DNA of 62,294 bases, filler included, from Actinomycetota bacterium (GTDB lineage Bacteria; Actinomycetota; Acidimicrobiia; Spongiisociales; UBA4744): assembly GCA_013152275.1 (NCBI GenBank). It is 5 parts of 5 records of this genome, joined end to end, with 100 filler letters (N's around TTAATTAATTAA, not from the genome) between each part and the next. Parts side by side here need not be neighbours in the genome. Positions count along the whole stretch, not along the records: positions 1 to 29,682 come from JAADGS010000067.1; 4 more parts are not named here. One strand, written 5' to 3'. The position numbers and the translations under genes were made by a program. Under the pieces are notes generated by a model. That model did no database searches, was not told the DNA's origin, and saw only the letters and a list, made by a program, of their open reading frames with translations. Shown piece by piece: positions 1 through 10,427 of this stretch (position 1 is its first letter; each line of letters opens with the position of its first letter).

Positions 1-145
1 CACCCCGGTCACGGTCACCGCCCCGGCCACGGTCACGGTCACGGTCACGGTCACCGCCCCGGCCACGGTCACCACCCCGGCCACGGTCACCACCCCGGCC
101 ACGGTCACGGTCACGGTCACGGTCACGGTCACCGCCACGGTCGTT
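1..145 (-). repeat. Low-complexity GACCGT / GGCCGGGGTGGT repeats encoding a DR/RGG-rich PNPase tail
   Basis: Translates in the pnp frame as NDRGGDRDRDRDRDRGRGGDRGRGGDRGRGG... Confidence 0.85.
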
Positions 146-2329
146 GCCGTGGCGCTCTGCGCCCAACTTGGCATCCGGCTTCGGCTCGATCTCGGCGGCG
201 AGGTCCAGGTTGACCTTTCCCATCCGGTCGACTTCGCGCACGACGACTTTCACCTTGTCTCCCAATGCCAGGTAGTCCTCGACACGGTCGACACGACGCT
301 TCGCGTCGATCTTGGAGATGTGCAACAGGCCGTCACGACCGGGAAGAATGTTGATGAACGCACCGAACTTGGTGATGTTCACGACTTCGCCGTCGTAGTC
401 CTTGCCGACCTCGGCCTCCGGTGGGAAGGCCATCTGCAGGACCCGTTCCTTGGCGGCGGCGAGAGAATCACCGTCGGGAGACCCGATTCGGACGATACCT
501 TCTGCGCCATCCTCCTCGATCTCGATGGAAGCTCCGGTCTCCTCTTCGAGCTCGCGGATGTGCTTGCCCTTCGGGCCGATGATCTCACCGATCTTGTCCT
601 TGGGGATCCGCACCGCTTCGATCCTCGGAGCCCACTCGTTGAGCTCGGTTCGCGGGCCTTCGATCGCCTCATGCATGACATCCAGGATCGCCAGACGAGC
701 ATCCTTCGCCTGCTGGAGGGCACCCGCGAGAACCGCGGATGGCAGTCCCTCGATCTTCGTGTCCAACTGCAACGCGGTGATCACGTCGGCGGTTCCCGCA
801 ACCTTGAAGTCCATGTCGCCGAGCGCGTCCTCTGCGCCGATGATGTCGGTGAGCGTGACGAACTTGCCATCCACCGAGATCAGACCCATCGCGATACCCG
901 CGACAGGCTCGGAGATCGGCACACCGGCATCCATGAGCGACAGACTCGAAGAGCAGACCGACGCCATCGACGTCGACCCATTGGACGACAGCACCTCGGA
1001 GACGAGACGCAGCGCATAGGGGAATTCGTCACTCGTCGGAACGACGGGAAGCACGGCCTTCTCGGCAAGAGCACCATGACCGATCTCACGACGCTTCGGG
1101 CCGCGCATGAATCCTGCCTCACCGACCGAGAACGGCGGGAAGTTGTAGTGGTGCATGTACCGCTTGCTCTCCTCGATGGCGAGCGTGTCGAGCATCTGTT
1201 CCATCTTGAGCATTCCGAGGGTCGTGATGTTCAGCACCTGGGTCTCACCGCGTTCGAACAGGCCGGAGCCGTGCGTGCGAGGTACCAGACCCACTTCCGC
1301 GCTCAGTGGCCGTATGTCACTCGGACCGCGTCCGTCCAAACGGACACCTTCATCGACGACCCGCCGACGCATCATGGTCTTCTCGAGCTTCTTCAGGGCC
1401 TTCTTTGCGGCAGCCTGATCTTCTTCGTCCAGGCCGAGCTCGGCGATGACTTCCTCGGCGACGCGGCGCTCCGCGACGCTGCGCTCATGCTTCCCGGGGA
1501 TACGGATCACGTCCGCGAGCTTCGGGGCGGCTGCAGCTTCGACCCGCGCGTACAGCTCGTCGGCGAAGTCGACGGCGATCGGCCACTCGATCTCGGGGAC
1601 ATCGACCTGCTCGATGAGTTGAAGCTGAAGATCGATGATCTCCGCTATCGGTGCCTTGGCTTCTTCGAGGCCTCGTGTGACCGTGTCCTCGTCTGAAGGC
1701 TGCTGTCCATCGGCGATGAGACGCAGGCCGTTCTCGGTGGCGCCCGCCTCTACCATCATGATGTCGATCTCGCCCTGGCCGTTTCGGCGTCCGGCGACCG
1801 TCAACTCGAAGACACATCCTTCGAGATCCTGGTAGGTCGGGTTGACGATCCATCGACCGTCCTTGAGCCCGAGCTTGACCGCACCGATGGGACCCTCGAA
1901 CGGGATGCCGCTGATCATCAGCGCCGCGGACGCTCCGTTGAGCGAGATGATGTCGTATGGGTTCTCCCCGTCGACGGACAGGATCGTCGAAACGACCTGT
2001 GTCTCACAGCGAAAACCGTCGGCGAACGATGGCCGCAGCGGACGATCGATGAGCCGGCAGGTCAAGATCGCCTGCTCGGTGGGCCGGCCCTCACGACGGA
2101 AGAACGATCCGGGGATCTTGCCCGCTGCGTACATGCGCTCTTCTACGTCGACGGTCAGGGGAAAGAAGTCGATTCCCTCCCGAAGGCGTTCGTTGGCGGT
2201 GGCGGTGACCAGAACGGCGGTGTCGCCCGTCTGCATGGTCACCGAACCGTTTGCTTGACCGGCGAGTTTGCCGGTTCCGATGACGACCTCGCGGCCGCCT
2301 ATTGACCCGCGTACGGTGATTTCTGACAC
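2..2329 (-). CDS. pnp: Polyribonucleotide nucleotidyltransferase (PNPase); 3' end runs off the window
   Basis: Manual translation from GTG 2329: MSEITVRGSIGGREVVIGTGKLAGQANGSV...DFFPLTVDVEERMYAAGKIPGSFFRREGRP; S1-domain end VREVDRMGKVNL. Follows rpsO. Missing from the ORF track because no stop lies in the window. Confidence 0.97.
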   Translation of the reverse strand, partial: MSEITVRGSIGGREVVIGTGKLAGQANGSVTMQTGDTAVLVTATANERLREGIDFFPLTVDVEERMYAAGKIPGSFFRREGRPTEQAILTCRLIDRPLRPSFADGFRCETQVVSTILSVDGENPYDIISLNGASAALMISGIPFEGPIGAVKLGLKDGRWIVNPTYQDLEGCVFELTVAGRRNGQGEIDIMMVEAGATENGLRLIADGQQPSDEDTVTRGLEEAKAPIAEIIDLQLQLIEQVDVPEIEWPIAVDFADELYARVEAAAAPKLADVIRIPGKHERSVAERRVAEEVIAELGLDEEDQAAAKKALKKLEKTMMRRRVVDEGVRLDGRGPSDIRPLSAEVGLVPRTHGSGLFERGETQVLNITTLGMLKMEQMLDTLAIEESKRYMHHYNFPPFSVGEAGFMRGPKRREIGHGALAEKAVLPVVPTSDEFPYALRLVSEVLSSNGSTSMASVCSSSLSLMDAGVPISEPVAGIAMGLISVDGKFVTLTDIIGAEDALGDMDFKVAGTADVITALQLDTKIEGLPSAVLAGALQQAKDARLAILDVMHEAIEGPRTELNEWAPRIEAVRIPKDKIGEIIGPKGKHIRELEEETGASIEIEEDGAEGIVRIGSPDGDSLAAAKERVLQMAFPPEAEVGKDYDGEVVNITKFGAFINILPGRDGLLHISKIDAKRRVDRVEDYLALGDKVKVVVREVDRMGKVNLDLAAEIEPKPDAKLGAERHGNDRGGDRDRDRDRDRGRGGDRGRGGDRGRGGDRDRDRDRGRGGDRDRG

Positions 2330-2356
2330 GCGTGTCTCCCTTTCCGGGGAGGCAGA

Positions 2357-2407
2357 CCAATTACCAGTTGGCGGCCCTCTTGCACAGGGTTGTCAACTGA
2401 CAACTGG
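2357..2407 (-). promoter_or_regulatory. Long stem-loop in the pnp leader (candidate RNase III processing site)
   Basis: mRNA CCAGUUGUCAGUUG pairs with CAACUGGUAAUUGG (14 bp, 3 G-U), with inner CCCU/AGGG. Same position as known RNase III-cleaved rpsO-pnp hairpins. Confidence 0.6.
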
Positions 2408-2492
2408 ACGCACATCCCCACTTGTCGTCATTATCCCTCTCAGGGATTCGGAGAAACCGCCTCCGACCGGCCGTTCGACTTTCGAACGGAGA

Positions 2493-2514
2493 GGGAGCGA
2501 CATCCGTCGCTCCC
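2493..2514 (-). terminator. Hairpin just after the rpsO stop
   Basis: GGGAGCGAC-4nt-GTCGCTCCC perfect 9-bp stem; poor U-tract. Confidence 0.55.
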
Positions 2515-2521
2515 CACAAAT

Positions 2522-2779
2522 CTACCGTCGCAACCCAAGGCGTGCGATCACGGCGCGGTATCGCTCCACATCCTGCCTTCGCAGGTAGTTGAGCAGCCGA
2601 CGCCGCTGACCCACCATCATCAGGAGGCCTCTGCGGCTGTGATGATCGTGTTTGTGCTCACGCAGATGCTCGGTCAGATGGTTGATACGTTCGGTGAGCA
2701 GAGCGACCTGGACCTCGGGGGAACCGGTGTCGCTGTCATGCTGACCGTACTCTTCGATGATGGTTTTCGTGTCCTTCAT
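2522..2779 (-). CDS. rpsO: 30S ribosomal protein S15
   Basis: [23 protein letters not shown]...[22 protein letters not shown]. Confidence 0.99.
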   Translation of the reverse strand: MKDTKTIIEEYGQHDSDTGSPEVQVALLTERINHLTEHLREHKHDHHSRRGLLMMVGQRRRLLNYLRRQDVERYRAVIARLGLRR

Positions 2780-2858
2780 TCACACACGCGCACAGATAGG
2801 GGGTACGAGGAACGGACGGGAGTGTAACACCTTCGCCGGGTACCGGAACAATCATGAG

Positions 2859-3248
2859 TCACGGTCGACTCCCCAGCAGCGCTTCCGCCTCGACCTCCAC
2901 CTTCCACGCGGGATCGAGGAGGCCGGCCACGACCACCATCGTTGCCACCGGAGCTGCGGCACCGAACAGCTCGGCATGCGCCCTGCCTACGTCGTCGGCA
3001 TCGGCGGGGTCGGTCAGGAACATTCGCGTGCGCACGACATCATTCGCCGTCGCACCGGCAGCTTCCAGCGATGCAATGACGATCGCTCCGCAGCGCCGCA
3101 TCTGCTCGTATGCGGTCGAGGCCACCGGCCCATCCTCGGCAGGGATCGGCGCGGTGCCGGCGACCAGCACCCTGTCGCCGACTCTGACGGCACGGGAGAA
3201 TCCATAGGCGGGCTCGTACGGGGACCCGGAGTGAAAGTGGTCTCTCAT
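2859..3248 (-). CDS. RidA/YjgF family protein
   Basis: SGSPYEPAYGFSRAVRVGDRVLVAGT...VEVEAEA. Confidence 0.9.
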   Translation of the reverse strand: MRDHFHSGSPYEPAYGFSRAVRVGDRVLVAGTAPIPAEDGPVASTAYEQMRRCGAIVIASLEAAGATANDVVRTRMFLTDPADADDVGRAHAELFGAAAPVATMVVVAGLLDPAWKVEVEAEALLGSRP

Positions 3249-4177
3249 GATCCCTCCAGCATCGCTCTCGCCTTGGCTATGTCCAGTCCGATCTGCGCGA
3301 CGAGTTCGTCCGCGCCGACAAACCGTTGCTCGTCCCGAACGCGACCGACGAAGTGCAGCGTCATCGACTCACCGTAGAGGGTTGGCGCCACATCGAGAAG
3401 ATGTGCCTCCACGACGCGCTCCGTTCCTGCAAACGTCGGACGCACGCCAATGTTGGCGACGGCGGGATGTGTCTTCTCGTGGACGGTCGCCCACACGGCG
3501 TAGACACCGTTCGCCGGAATGAGCAGCTCTTCGGGAACGTCGAGATTCGCCGTCGGATAGCCAAGGTCACTCCCCCGTCCGTCACCGCCGGCAACCGTGC
3601 CCGGCAACTCGAACAACCGGCCCAGTGCATCGGCCGCAGCTTCCACCTCACCTCGGGCCAGCATTCCACGGATGGCCGTGGAGGACAGCGTCGCACCGTC
3701 TCCGCGAAGCAGATCGACCGCATCGACCTCGAACCCGAGCCGAGCCCCTGCGGATCGCAGCGTGTCCACGCCCCCCGAGCGATCCACCCCGAACCGGAAG
3801 TTCGAGCCGACAACCACGAGTCTGGCGTGTAGGGCATCGACCAGAACCCGGCGGATGAACTCCTCCGGACGCATCTGCCGAACCTGGTCGAACGGAAGCA
3901 CTCCGGCAACGTCCACACCGAGATGCTCGAGGATGTCGAGACGGCGCTCCATCGTCGTGAGCATCTTCGGCGCTCTCGCGGGGTCCAGAACCGCCATGGG
4001 ATGACGATCGAAAGTGAGGACGACCCTGCGACGCGCACCGAGGGACACGCCCATGGTCTCGAGATCCTCGATGACTCTCTGATGACCCCGATGCACCCCG
4101 TCGTAGACGCCGATCGTCACCGCAGAACCCGTCGAAGGCAGTGACCACCGCACCGGATCGCCGTACAGGACCTTCAC
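3245..4177 (-). CDS. ribF: Bifunctional riboflavin kinase / FAD synthetase
   Basis: TIGVYDGVHRGHQ, GSNFRFG, GYPTANL, NIGVRPTF, VEAHLLD. GTG start overlaps the truB stop (GTGA). Confidence 0.96.
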   Translation of the reverse strand: MKVLYGDPVRWSLPSTGSAVTIGVYDGVHRGHQRVIEDLETMGVSLGARRRVVLTFDRHPMAVLDPARAPKMLTTMERRLDILEHLGVDVAGVLPFDQVRQMRPEEFIRRVLVDALHARLVVVGSNFRFGVDRSGGVDTLRSAGARLGFEVDAVDLLRGDGATLSSTAIRGMLARGEVEAAADALGRLFELPGTVAGGDGRGSDLGYPTANLDVPEELLIPANGVYAVWATVHEKTHPAVANIGVRPTFAGTERVVEAHLLDVAPTLYGESMTLHFVGRVRDEQRFVGADELVAQIGLDIAKARAMLEGS

Positions 4178-5058
4178 GCGACCACCACTTCCGGGCTCCA
4201 CACGCGACCCTGGGAGCGATACACGGCCAGGAGGTCCCCACCCGGGTCGAGTATCCGAACATCGGTTTCCATCGGCGTGCCTGCGGCAAAGGTTCCGACG
4301 GGGAACTGCATGCCGTGGCGAACCGCCACGGACGTCCTGTCGTCGACGTGCACGGCAGGGAGGTCCTTGAGGCCGTCCGCCATCGAGATCACACCATGGT
4401 CCGGAGCCGCCTCCACAACTTGCTCGATCGTTAGTGCATCCCGATCCGCATCCATCCACCCGACCTGTGTCCTTCGCAGAGCCGCGATGTGCGCTCCCCC
4501 GCCGAGTGCCTGGCCGAGATCCGCGCCGAGGGTCCGGATATAGGTCCCGCTCCCGCATCGCACCCGCAGCGTGGCTTCCGGATATGGGCCAGGAGCGAAA
4601 TCGAGCACATCGATACCGTAGACCTCCACCGTCCGTGCAGCCCGCTCGACCTCCTTGCCCTCCCTGGCGAATTCGTACAACCGTCGGCCGCCAACCCGAA
4701 CGGCGGAAACCATCGGCGGCACCTGTGCTATCACACCGACGAAACGTCCGACCACACCCCGCAGTTCCGCTTCTTCGAACGGCATCGGCTCTCGCCACAG
4801 AATCGCCCCATCGGCGTCGAGCGTGTCGGTGGTGATCCCGAAAACGACCCTGGCAACGTATTCCTTCGGATATGCCTGTATGAAGCGCAGCAACCTGGTG
4901 GCTCTTCCGAGGCCGAGAACGAGCAGTCCGGTGGCGGAAGGGTCCAGGGTTCCTCCGTGACCGACCTTCCTCTGCTGGATGATCCCACGGACTTTCGCGA
5001 CGACATCGTGCGATGTCCACCCGGAAGCCTTGTCGATCGGCAGGAACCCGTTGATCAC
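4174..5058 (-). CDS. truB: tRNA pseudouridine(55) synthase
   Basis: DKASGWTSHDVV, VGHGGTLDPSATGLL, CGSGTYIRTL. GTG start at 5058 overlaps the upstream stop. Confidence 0.97.
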   Translation of the reverse strand: MINGFLPIDKASGWTSHDVVAKVRGIIQQRKVGHGGTLDPSATGLLVLGLGRATRLLRFIQAYPKEYVARVVFGITTDTLDADGAILWREPMPFEEAELRGVVGRFVGVIAQVPPMVSAVRVGGRRLYEFAREGKEVERAARTVEVYGIDVLDFAPGPYPEATLRVRCGSGTYIRTLGADLGQALGGGAHIAALRRTQVGWMDADRDALTIEQVVEAAPDHGVISMADGLKDLPAVHVDDRTSVAVRHGMQFPVGTFAAGTPMETDVRILDPGGDLLAVYRSQGRVWSPEVVVA

Positions 5059-5999
5059 AGTCTCGCCTTGATCGCCGCCATGATCGCGCCCGGTGGCCCC
5101 GTGTGCGAGAAACCGGCGGCGTTGTGGTGTCCTCCCCCACCGTACGCGGAAGCGATCGAGCCGACATCGACCACACCCCGCGAACGAAGACTCGCCTTGA
5201 AGGTACCGTCGGCCAGCTCCTTGATCAGCACGGCGACTGCCGCCTCCCAGGCAACACGGACTGCATCGATGAGAGGATCCGTATCCTCCATCCCGATCCC
5301 CCAACGGGTCAGATCCTCCTGGTACAACACCGACCAGACGATGTCCCCGTCGAGTTCCGCACGGGCAAGCACATCGCCCTCGAGCTTGAGGAATGAGAAG
5401 GGAACCCGCTCGTACATGTTCTGACCGATGACCTCGGGACGCGCTCCTGCCTCGATCAGTTCGGCCGCGATGCGCAGCGCCTCCGGCGACGTGTTCGAAT
5501 ACTGGAAACGCCCGGTGTCGGTGACGATGCCCGTCAGAAGCGCCGTCGCAACCGACTCGTCGATCGGCCATTCGAGTTCGCGAAGCAGTCGAAACACGAT
5601 CTCCGCCGAGGCGGCGGCGTCGGCGTCGATCACGTTGATGTCTCCGAAACCTGGATTCGACACGTGGTGATCGATCACGATGAGACACCCCGACGACGTT
5701 GCCGACGGCACGAGATTCCCGAGACGATCCAAAGATGCGGCATCGATGCTCACCATGACCTCGGGCTGCGCCGGAAACTCTTGCGGCGGCACGAGGACCT
5801 CCAACGGGAGGTAGTCGTAGATCGGGGGCAAGACGAACGGCTCGCCGAACGATACGACGCAGGCCCGGCCCGCCAGGAGCGCGGAGGCCGCGAAGCCGAG
5901 CGCAGAACCGATGGCGTCCCCGTCCGGACCGACATGGCATGCCACAGCGATGTGCGACGCGTCCCTCAACTCGGCGACGGCGGCCTCGAGCGAGATCAT
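5055..5999 (-). CDS. nrnA: DHH/DHHA1 phosphoesterase (NrnA-like oligoribonuclease / pAp phosphatase)
   Basis: HVGPDGDAIGS, IDHH, TDTGRF, GGGGHHNAAG; canonical position between rbfA and truB. Confidence 0.9.
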   Translation of the reverse strand: MISLEAAVAELRDASHIAVACHVGPDGDAIGSALGFAASALLAGRACVVSFGEPFVLPPIYDYLPLEVLVPPQEFPAQPEVMVSIDAASLDRLGNLVPSATSSGCLIVIDHHVSNPGFGDINVIDADAAASAEIVFRLLRELEWPIDESVATALLTGIVTDTGRFQYSNTSPEALRIAAELIEAGARPEVIGQNMYERVPFSFLKLEGDVLARAELDGDIVWSVLYQEDLTRWGIGMEDTDPLIDAVRVAWEAAVAVLIKELADGTFKASLRSRGVVDVGSIASAYGGGGHHNAAGFSHTGPPGAIMAAIKARL

Positions 6000-6358
6000 G
6001 ATGGTTCGCTCTTGTTCGCTATCTGCCTGAGAAGGTTGGAGATCTTCGCTCCCTCAACGATGGCGTAGTCGGGAGAGAACACGATCTCGGGCGTGTACTT
6101 GAGTCGGACACGATGACCGACCTCGCCGCGCACATGCCCGGCGGCCGCTTCGAGCGCCGCCGCGCACGCCTCGTGCTCCTCGGCAGATCCCAACACGGAG
6201 TAGTAGACGTGAGCGGTGCGGAGATCGGGGGTCGTCTCGACCCCGGTGATCGTCACGAACCCGAGTCTCGGGTCCTTCAGGCTCAGCACGATCTCGGCGA
6301 TCTCATGCAGAAGCATCGAGTTCACCCGGCGAAGTCGTGGGCTCGGCGGATGGCTCAA
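5996..6358 (-). CDS. rbfA: Ribosome-binding factor A
   Basis: LKDPRLGFVTITGVETTPDLRTAHVYYS...RLKYTPEIVF. TTG start with a GGAGGAG RBS. Confidence 0.95.
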   Translation of the reverse strand: MSHPPSPRLRRVNSMLLHEIAEIVLSLKDPRLGFVTITGVETTPDLRTAHVYYSVLGSAEEHEACAAALEAAAGHVRGEVGHRVRLKYTPEIVFSPDYAIVEGAKISNLLRQIANKSEPS

Positions 6359-6645
6359 GACTCCTCCAGATACGACATGGCCACCTCGAGGACTTCGACG
6401 TCGTCGCGGCGCTCGATGCGACGCCGTATTGCTCCTGCCTGCCTGAGCAGTTCCGCATGATGACCCGACACGAGAGCCACTCCGATCGTCGACCGTTGCC
6501 ACTGGTCCTGAAAGTCGACTTCCGCGACCGAGACACCGAAGGTGCGCCGCACGTCGTCGAGGAGCGGCCGCAGAACGCCCCGCTTCGCCTTCAGGGACCG
6601 GGCCAGCGGGATCCGGAGCTCGATGCGGAGTGCTGATGCATGCAT
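6355..6645 (-). CDS. DUF503 (YlxP-like) protein
   Basis: ARSLKAKRGVLR...VSVAEVDFQDQWQR; between infB and rbfA. Confidence 0.9.
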   Translation of the reverse strand: MHASALRIELRIPLARSLKAKRGVLRPLLDDVRRTFGVSVAEVDFQDQWQRSTIGVALVSGHHAELLRQAGAIRRRIERRDDVEVLEVAMSYLEES

Positions 6646-6649
6646 GCCG

Positions 6650-8689
6650 TCACTGCCGGGCGACTTCCTTCAGCACGTAGGCCTCGATCACGTCGCCTTC
6701 CTTCACGTCGCTGAAGCGGTCGAGACCGATGCCACATTCATAACCGGCCGCCACCTGCCTGACGTCGTCCTTGAAGCGACGCAGAGAATCGATCGTCCCG
6801 TCGTAGACGACGATGCCGTCGCGAAGCAGTCTCGCTCGGGCCCCTCTCAGGATCTCGCCTTCGGTGACGTAACTTCCTGCGATGTTGCCGGCCCGAGGAA
6901 CCTTGAACACGGCTCGCACCTCGGCGGAGCCGAGCACCTGCTCGATCTCCTCCGGGGCGAGACGTCCCACCAACATCTGTTCGATCTCGTCGAGTAGCTC
7001 GTAGATGACGCGATACGTCCGAATCTCGATATTCTGTTTTTCGGCCGCGCGACGCGACTTGGCGTCCGGGCGAACGTTGAACCCGATGATCACCGCTTCT
7101 GTGACATCGGCGAGGCTGACATCATTCTCCGTGATTCCGCCCACGGCCCCGTGGATGGTCACGATCTTTCCGCCTTCTCTCCCGATCTTCGCGATGGCGT
7201 CACGGATCGCTTCGAGAGATCCGTGCGCATCGGCCTTGATGATCAGTCGCAGTTCGGCCTCGTCCGCGTTCCTGAGCTGTTCGAGCAGCAGTGCGAGCCG
7301 CTCCCGAGCCGTGGGAATCACGGAGTCCGCCAGTTTGAGCTCATCTTCGACCTTCGCGGCTTTGGACCGGGCCTCACGCTCGCTGGAGACGACCTCGAAC
7401 CAGTCCCCGGCAGTGGGCACGGATTCCCAGCCCATCACCAGCGCCGGTGTGCCCGGCGTCACTTCTTTCACCTGCTTGCCGTTCTCGTCGAGCATGGCGC
7501 GGACTCGTCCCGACACCGCACCGGATACCAGAGCGTCGCCTCGACGCAACGTGCCTCGCTGCACGATGACGGTCGCGACGGGACCACGGCCTTTGTCCAG
7601 GTTGGATTCGATGACCGCGCCCGATGCGGGAGCGTTCGGGTTCCCTTTGAACTCCTCGACTTCCGAGATCAGATCGATCATCTCGAGCAGCTGGTCGATA
7701 CCCAGGCCTTCCTTGGCGGAGATCTCGACAGTGACCGTATCGCCACCGAGTTCCTCTGCGACGAGGCCGTACTCGGTGAGCTGAGCACGAACCCTTTCGG
7801 GGTCGGCCCCGGGAAGATCGATCTTGTTCAGCGCCACGATGATGTCCACGCCCGCAGCTTGCGCGTGGCTGATCGCCTCGGCGGTCTGCGGCATGACACC
7901 GTCTTCGGCGGCAATCACGAGAACGACGATGTCGGTCACGTTCGCTCCCCTGGCCCGCATCGCGGTGAACGCCTCGTGACCGGGCGTATCGATGAACGTG
8001 ATCTTCTTGCCGCCTCTCGACACCTGATAGGCGCCGATGTGCTGCGTGATCCCGCCGGCTTCTCCGGCGACCACATTCGCCGAGCGGATCTTGTCCAGAA
8101 GGGTGGTCTTGCCGTGATCGACATGGCCCATCACCGTCACGACAGGTGGGCGAGGTACCAGGTCCTTCGGATCATCTTCGAAGACCGGCGCCGCAGGGGA
8201 AGGTGCGGGGGACTCCTCCGCCGCCTCCTCGACAAGGACGGTCACGCCGAGCTCTTCTGCGACGAGCTCGATGGCATCTGCGGGCATCGGTGAGCCTGCC
8301 CCGGCCATCTCCCCCATCAGGAGCAACGCCTTGACGACGTCACCGGTCGGCACGCCGATCGCCTCTGCGAATGCTCCGACGCTGATTCCCGGTTCGACGA
8401 TGATCGGTGCCGCTTCGGGCGTCCCGGCCTCGGGCTCGGGCGTCCCGGCCTCGGGCTCGGGCGTCCCGGGCTCGGGCGTCTCGGCCTCGGGCTCGGGACC
8501 GGTGGCCTCCTCGGGACCGGTGGCCTCCCCGACTTCTTCGAACGAAGCGATGATCAGCTTCACTGCCGCCTCGTCGACTGCGGACGAAGCGGTCTTGACG
8601 TCGATACCGAGCTCTGCGGCGCGCGCAAGAACGAGCTTGGACTCTCGGCCCAGCTCTCGTGCCAGCTCATAGATGCGTTGCTTCGCCAT
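6650..8689 (-). CDS. infB: Translation initiation factor IF-2
   Basis: [38 protein letters not shown]. Short N-terminus with PEPEAGT repeats. Confidence 0.99.
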   Translation of the reverse strand: MAKQRIYELARELGRESKLVLARAAELGIDVKTASSAVDEAAVKLIIASFEEVGEATGPEEATGPEPEAETPEPGTPEPEAGTPEPEAGTPEAAPIIVEPGISVGAFAEAIGVPTGDVVKALLLMGEMAGAGSPMPADAIELVAEELGVTVLVEEAAEESPAPSPAAPVFEDDPKDLVPRPPVVTVMGHVDHGKTTLLDKIRSANVVAGEAGGITQHIGAYQVSRGGKKITFIDTPGHEAFTAMRARGANVTDIVVLVIAAEDGVMPQTAEAISHAQAAGVDIIVALNKIDLPGADPERVRAQLTEYGLVAEELGGDTVTVEISAKEGLGIDQLLEMIDLISEVEEFKGNPNAPASGAVIESNLDKGRGPVATVIVQRGTLRRGDALVSGAVSGRVRAMLDENGKQVKEVTPGTPALVMGWESVPTAGDWFEVVSSEREARSKAAKVEDELKLADSVIPTARERLALLLEQLRNADEAELRLIIKADAHGSLEAIRDAIAKIGREGGKIVTIHGAVGGITENDVSLADVTEAVIIGFNVRPDAKSRRAAEKQNIEIRTYRVIYELLDEIEQMLVGRLAPEEIEQVLGSAEVRAVFKVPRAGNIAGSYVTEGEILRGARARLLRDGIVVYDGTIDSLRRFKDDVRQVAAGYECGIGLDRFSDVKEGDVIEAYVLKEVARQ

Positions 8690-8692
8690 CTG

Positions 8693-9835
8693 TCAGTTCC
8701 CAGCCTCATCCTCGGTAGCGTCTGTCTCCGTCGACGCAGCCGGAGCCTCTTCCACCGGTCCGCCGGGCTCCTTCGCGATACTCTCGCTCGCAGGCTCCTC
8801 GGAGGCCGGCGCATGGACGATCTTATCTGGCACATGTGCCCTCGTGTCTTCGGCCCCTCCGCCTGCGTCATCGGTCTGGGACCGAATATCGATGCGGTAG
8901 CCGGTCAGCTTCGCCGCAAGACGGGCATTCTGGCCTTCTCGGCCGATCGCAAGCGACAGCTGATGGTCCGACACGATCACGATCGCGGACTTGTCCTTCT
9001 CGTCGATGCGAACCTCCTGCACCTTGGCCGGACCGAGCGCCTCTGCAATGAACTGCGCGGGATCTTCCCGCCACTGCACCACATCGACTTTCTCGCCACG
9101 GAGCTCGTTCACGACCTGTCGCACCCGTGTGCCGCGCGCTCCCACGCAGGCACCCTTCGGATCGACATTCGGGTCGTTCGATGCCACGGCGATCTTGGTG
9201 CGGTGGCCCGGCTCACGAGCGATCGCCCTGATCTCGACGGTTCCGTCGAGCAGCTCCGGGACCTCGAGGTTGAGCAGCTTGCGGATGAAGTCGGGATGAC
9301 TGCGGCTCACAACGATCTGTGGACCCTTCGTTTCACCGCGAACCTCGATGATCAGGCCCTTCACCCTGTTGCCTCGCTCGAGCCGTTCGTACGGGATTCG
9401 TTCGGATCCCGGCATCAACGCCTCGGCATCACCGAGGTCGAGGATCGCATAACGATGGTCGACCTGCTGGACGATACCCGTGATCAGATCCCCCTCACGG
9501 CCCTCGTAGAGGTCGAAGACCTGCTCACGCTTGGCGTCGCGCAGACGCTGTGCGATCACCTGCTTGGCAGTCTGTGCGGCAATTCTCCCGAAGTCGTCCG
9601 GAGTGTCCTCCCACTCGTCGATGACATCGCCATCCTCGTTGAGTTCCTGTGCGTAGACCGTGATGTCGCCGGCGTTCGGATCGATCACCACCCGCGCCTC
9701 CTCGGCTGCGCCGGGGCTGCGCTTATAGGCAGATACGAGTGCATTCGCGAGTGCGTCGAGGATCGTCTCCACCGGCACGCCGCGTTCCTGCTCGAGCAGC
9801 TCGAGCGCCTCCATCACCGCAAAATCCATCTTCAT
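8693..9835 (-). CDS. nusA: Transcription termination/antitermination factor NusA
   Basis: FGRIAAQTAKQVI, AREPGHRTKIAV, LSLAIGREGQNARLAAKLTG. Confidence 0.98.
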   Translation of the reverse strand: MKMDFAVMEALELLEQERGVPVETILDALANALVSAYKRSPGAAEEARVVIDPNAGDITVYAQELNEDGDVIDEWEDTPDDFGRIAAQTAKQVIAQRLRDAKREQVFDLYEGREGDLITGIVQQVDHRYAILDLGDAEALMPGSERIPYERLERGNRVKGLIIEVRGETKGPQIVVSRSHPDFIRKLLNLEVPELLDGTVEIRAIAREPGHRTKIAVASNDPNVDPKGACVGARGTRVRQVVNELRGEKVDVVQWREDPAQFIAEALGPAKVQEVRIDEKDKSAIVIVSDHQLSLAIGREGQNARLAAKLTGYRIDIRSQTDDAGGGAEDTRAHVPDKIVHAPASEEPASESIAKEPGGPVEEAPAASTETDATEDEAGN

Positions 9836-10317
9836 CGGCTTCCCTCCTTGCGCCGCGCCTTCCCCGGCTTCGCGTTGCGTTCCCAGCGGAACATCGTCTT
9901 CGCCGACGCTATCTCGCTCATCGGGAGCGTTCTCCGCTCATCTTCCACCACGACGACGCAGACACCCTCGTCGGAAGCTTCCAGTACACCTCGATGACTG
10001 CGGCTCCCCGCAATCTCCTGCCGCGTTGTAATAGAGACCTCGCGTCCGACCGCCTTGAGGAAATGGGCAGGTCGCCGGAGCTTGCGCTCGAGTCCGGGCG
10101 ACGACACCTCGAGCGTATACGGGCCCGCCAAGTCCGCCTCCGCGTCGAGAAGGCGAGAAATGCCGTCGGTTGTCTCGGAGATCCGGCCCACGTCGATGCC
10201 ACCATCCGCATCCACGAGGACGCGCAAGACACGACCGGACCACTCGACGTCGTCGAGTTCCAGGCCCTCGGCGGTCAGATACCGCTCGAGTTTGTCCCAT
10301 AGGGCAGTCTCGTTCAT
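9832..10317 (-). CDS. rimP: Ribosome maturation factor RimP
   Basis: YTLEVSSPGLERKL; first gene of the rimP-nusA-infB operon; start MNETALW. Confidence 0.95.
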   Translation of the reverse strand: MNETALWDKLERYLTAEGLELDDVEWSGRVLRVLVDADGGIDVGRISETTDGISRLLDAEADLAGPYTLEVSSPGLERKLRRPAHFLKAVGREVSITTRQEIAGSRSHRGVLEASDEGVCVVVVEDERRTLPMSEIASAKTMFRWERNAKPGKARRKEGSR

Positions 10318-10427
10318 GTATTCCTCGTACAGAAAGGCGGGCGGGCGCCCACCTTGTTTCAAGCGTCCATAGGTTTTACCAGGCGCGAGTATAGCCCGCG
10401 TACTCTCTTGCCAAATGCTGCGGCTGC

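Noticed and set aside
1..145. Short repeats as a CRISPR array or iterons
   Set aside because: No spacers; units are multiples of 3 and in frame within pnp.
149..1696. 515-aa plus-strand ORF, and similar long antisense ORFs (e.g. 8678-9997, 21650-23203, 45352-46977)
   Set aside because: Shadow frames of well-supported minus-strand genes, expected in high-GC DNA; no motifs of their own.
8414..8530. 21-bp and 18-bp tandem repeats
   Set aside because: Encode the Pro/Glu linker of IF-2; ordinary low-complexity coding repeat.
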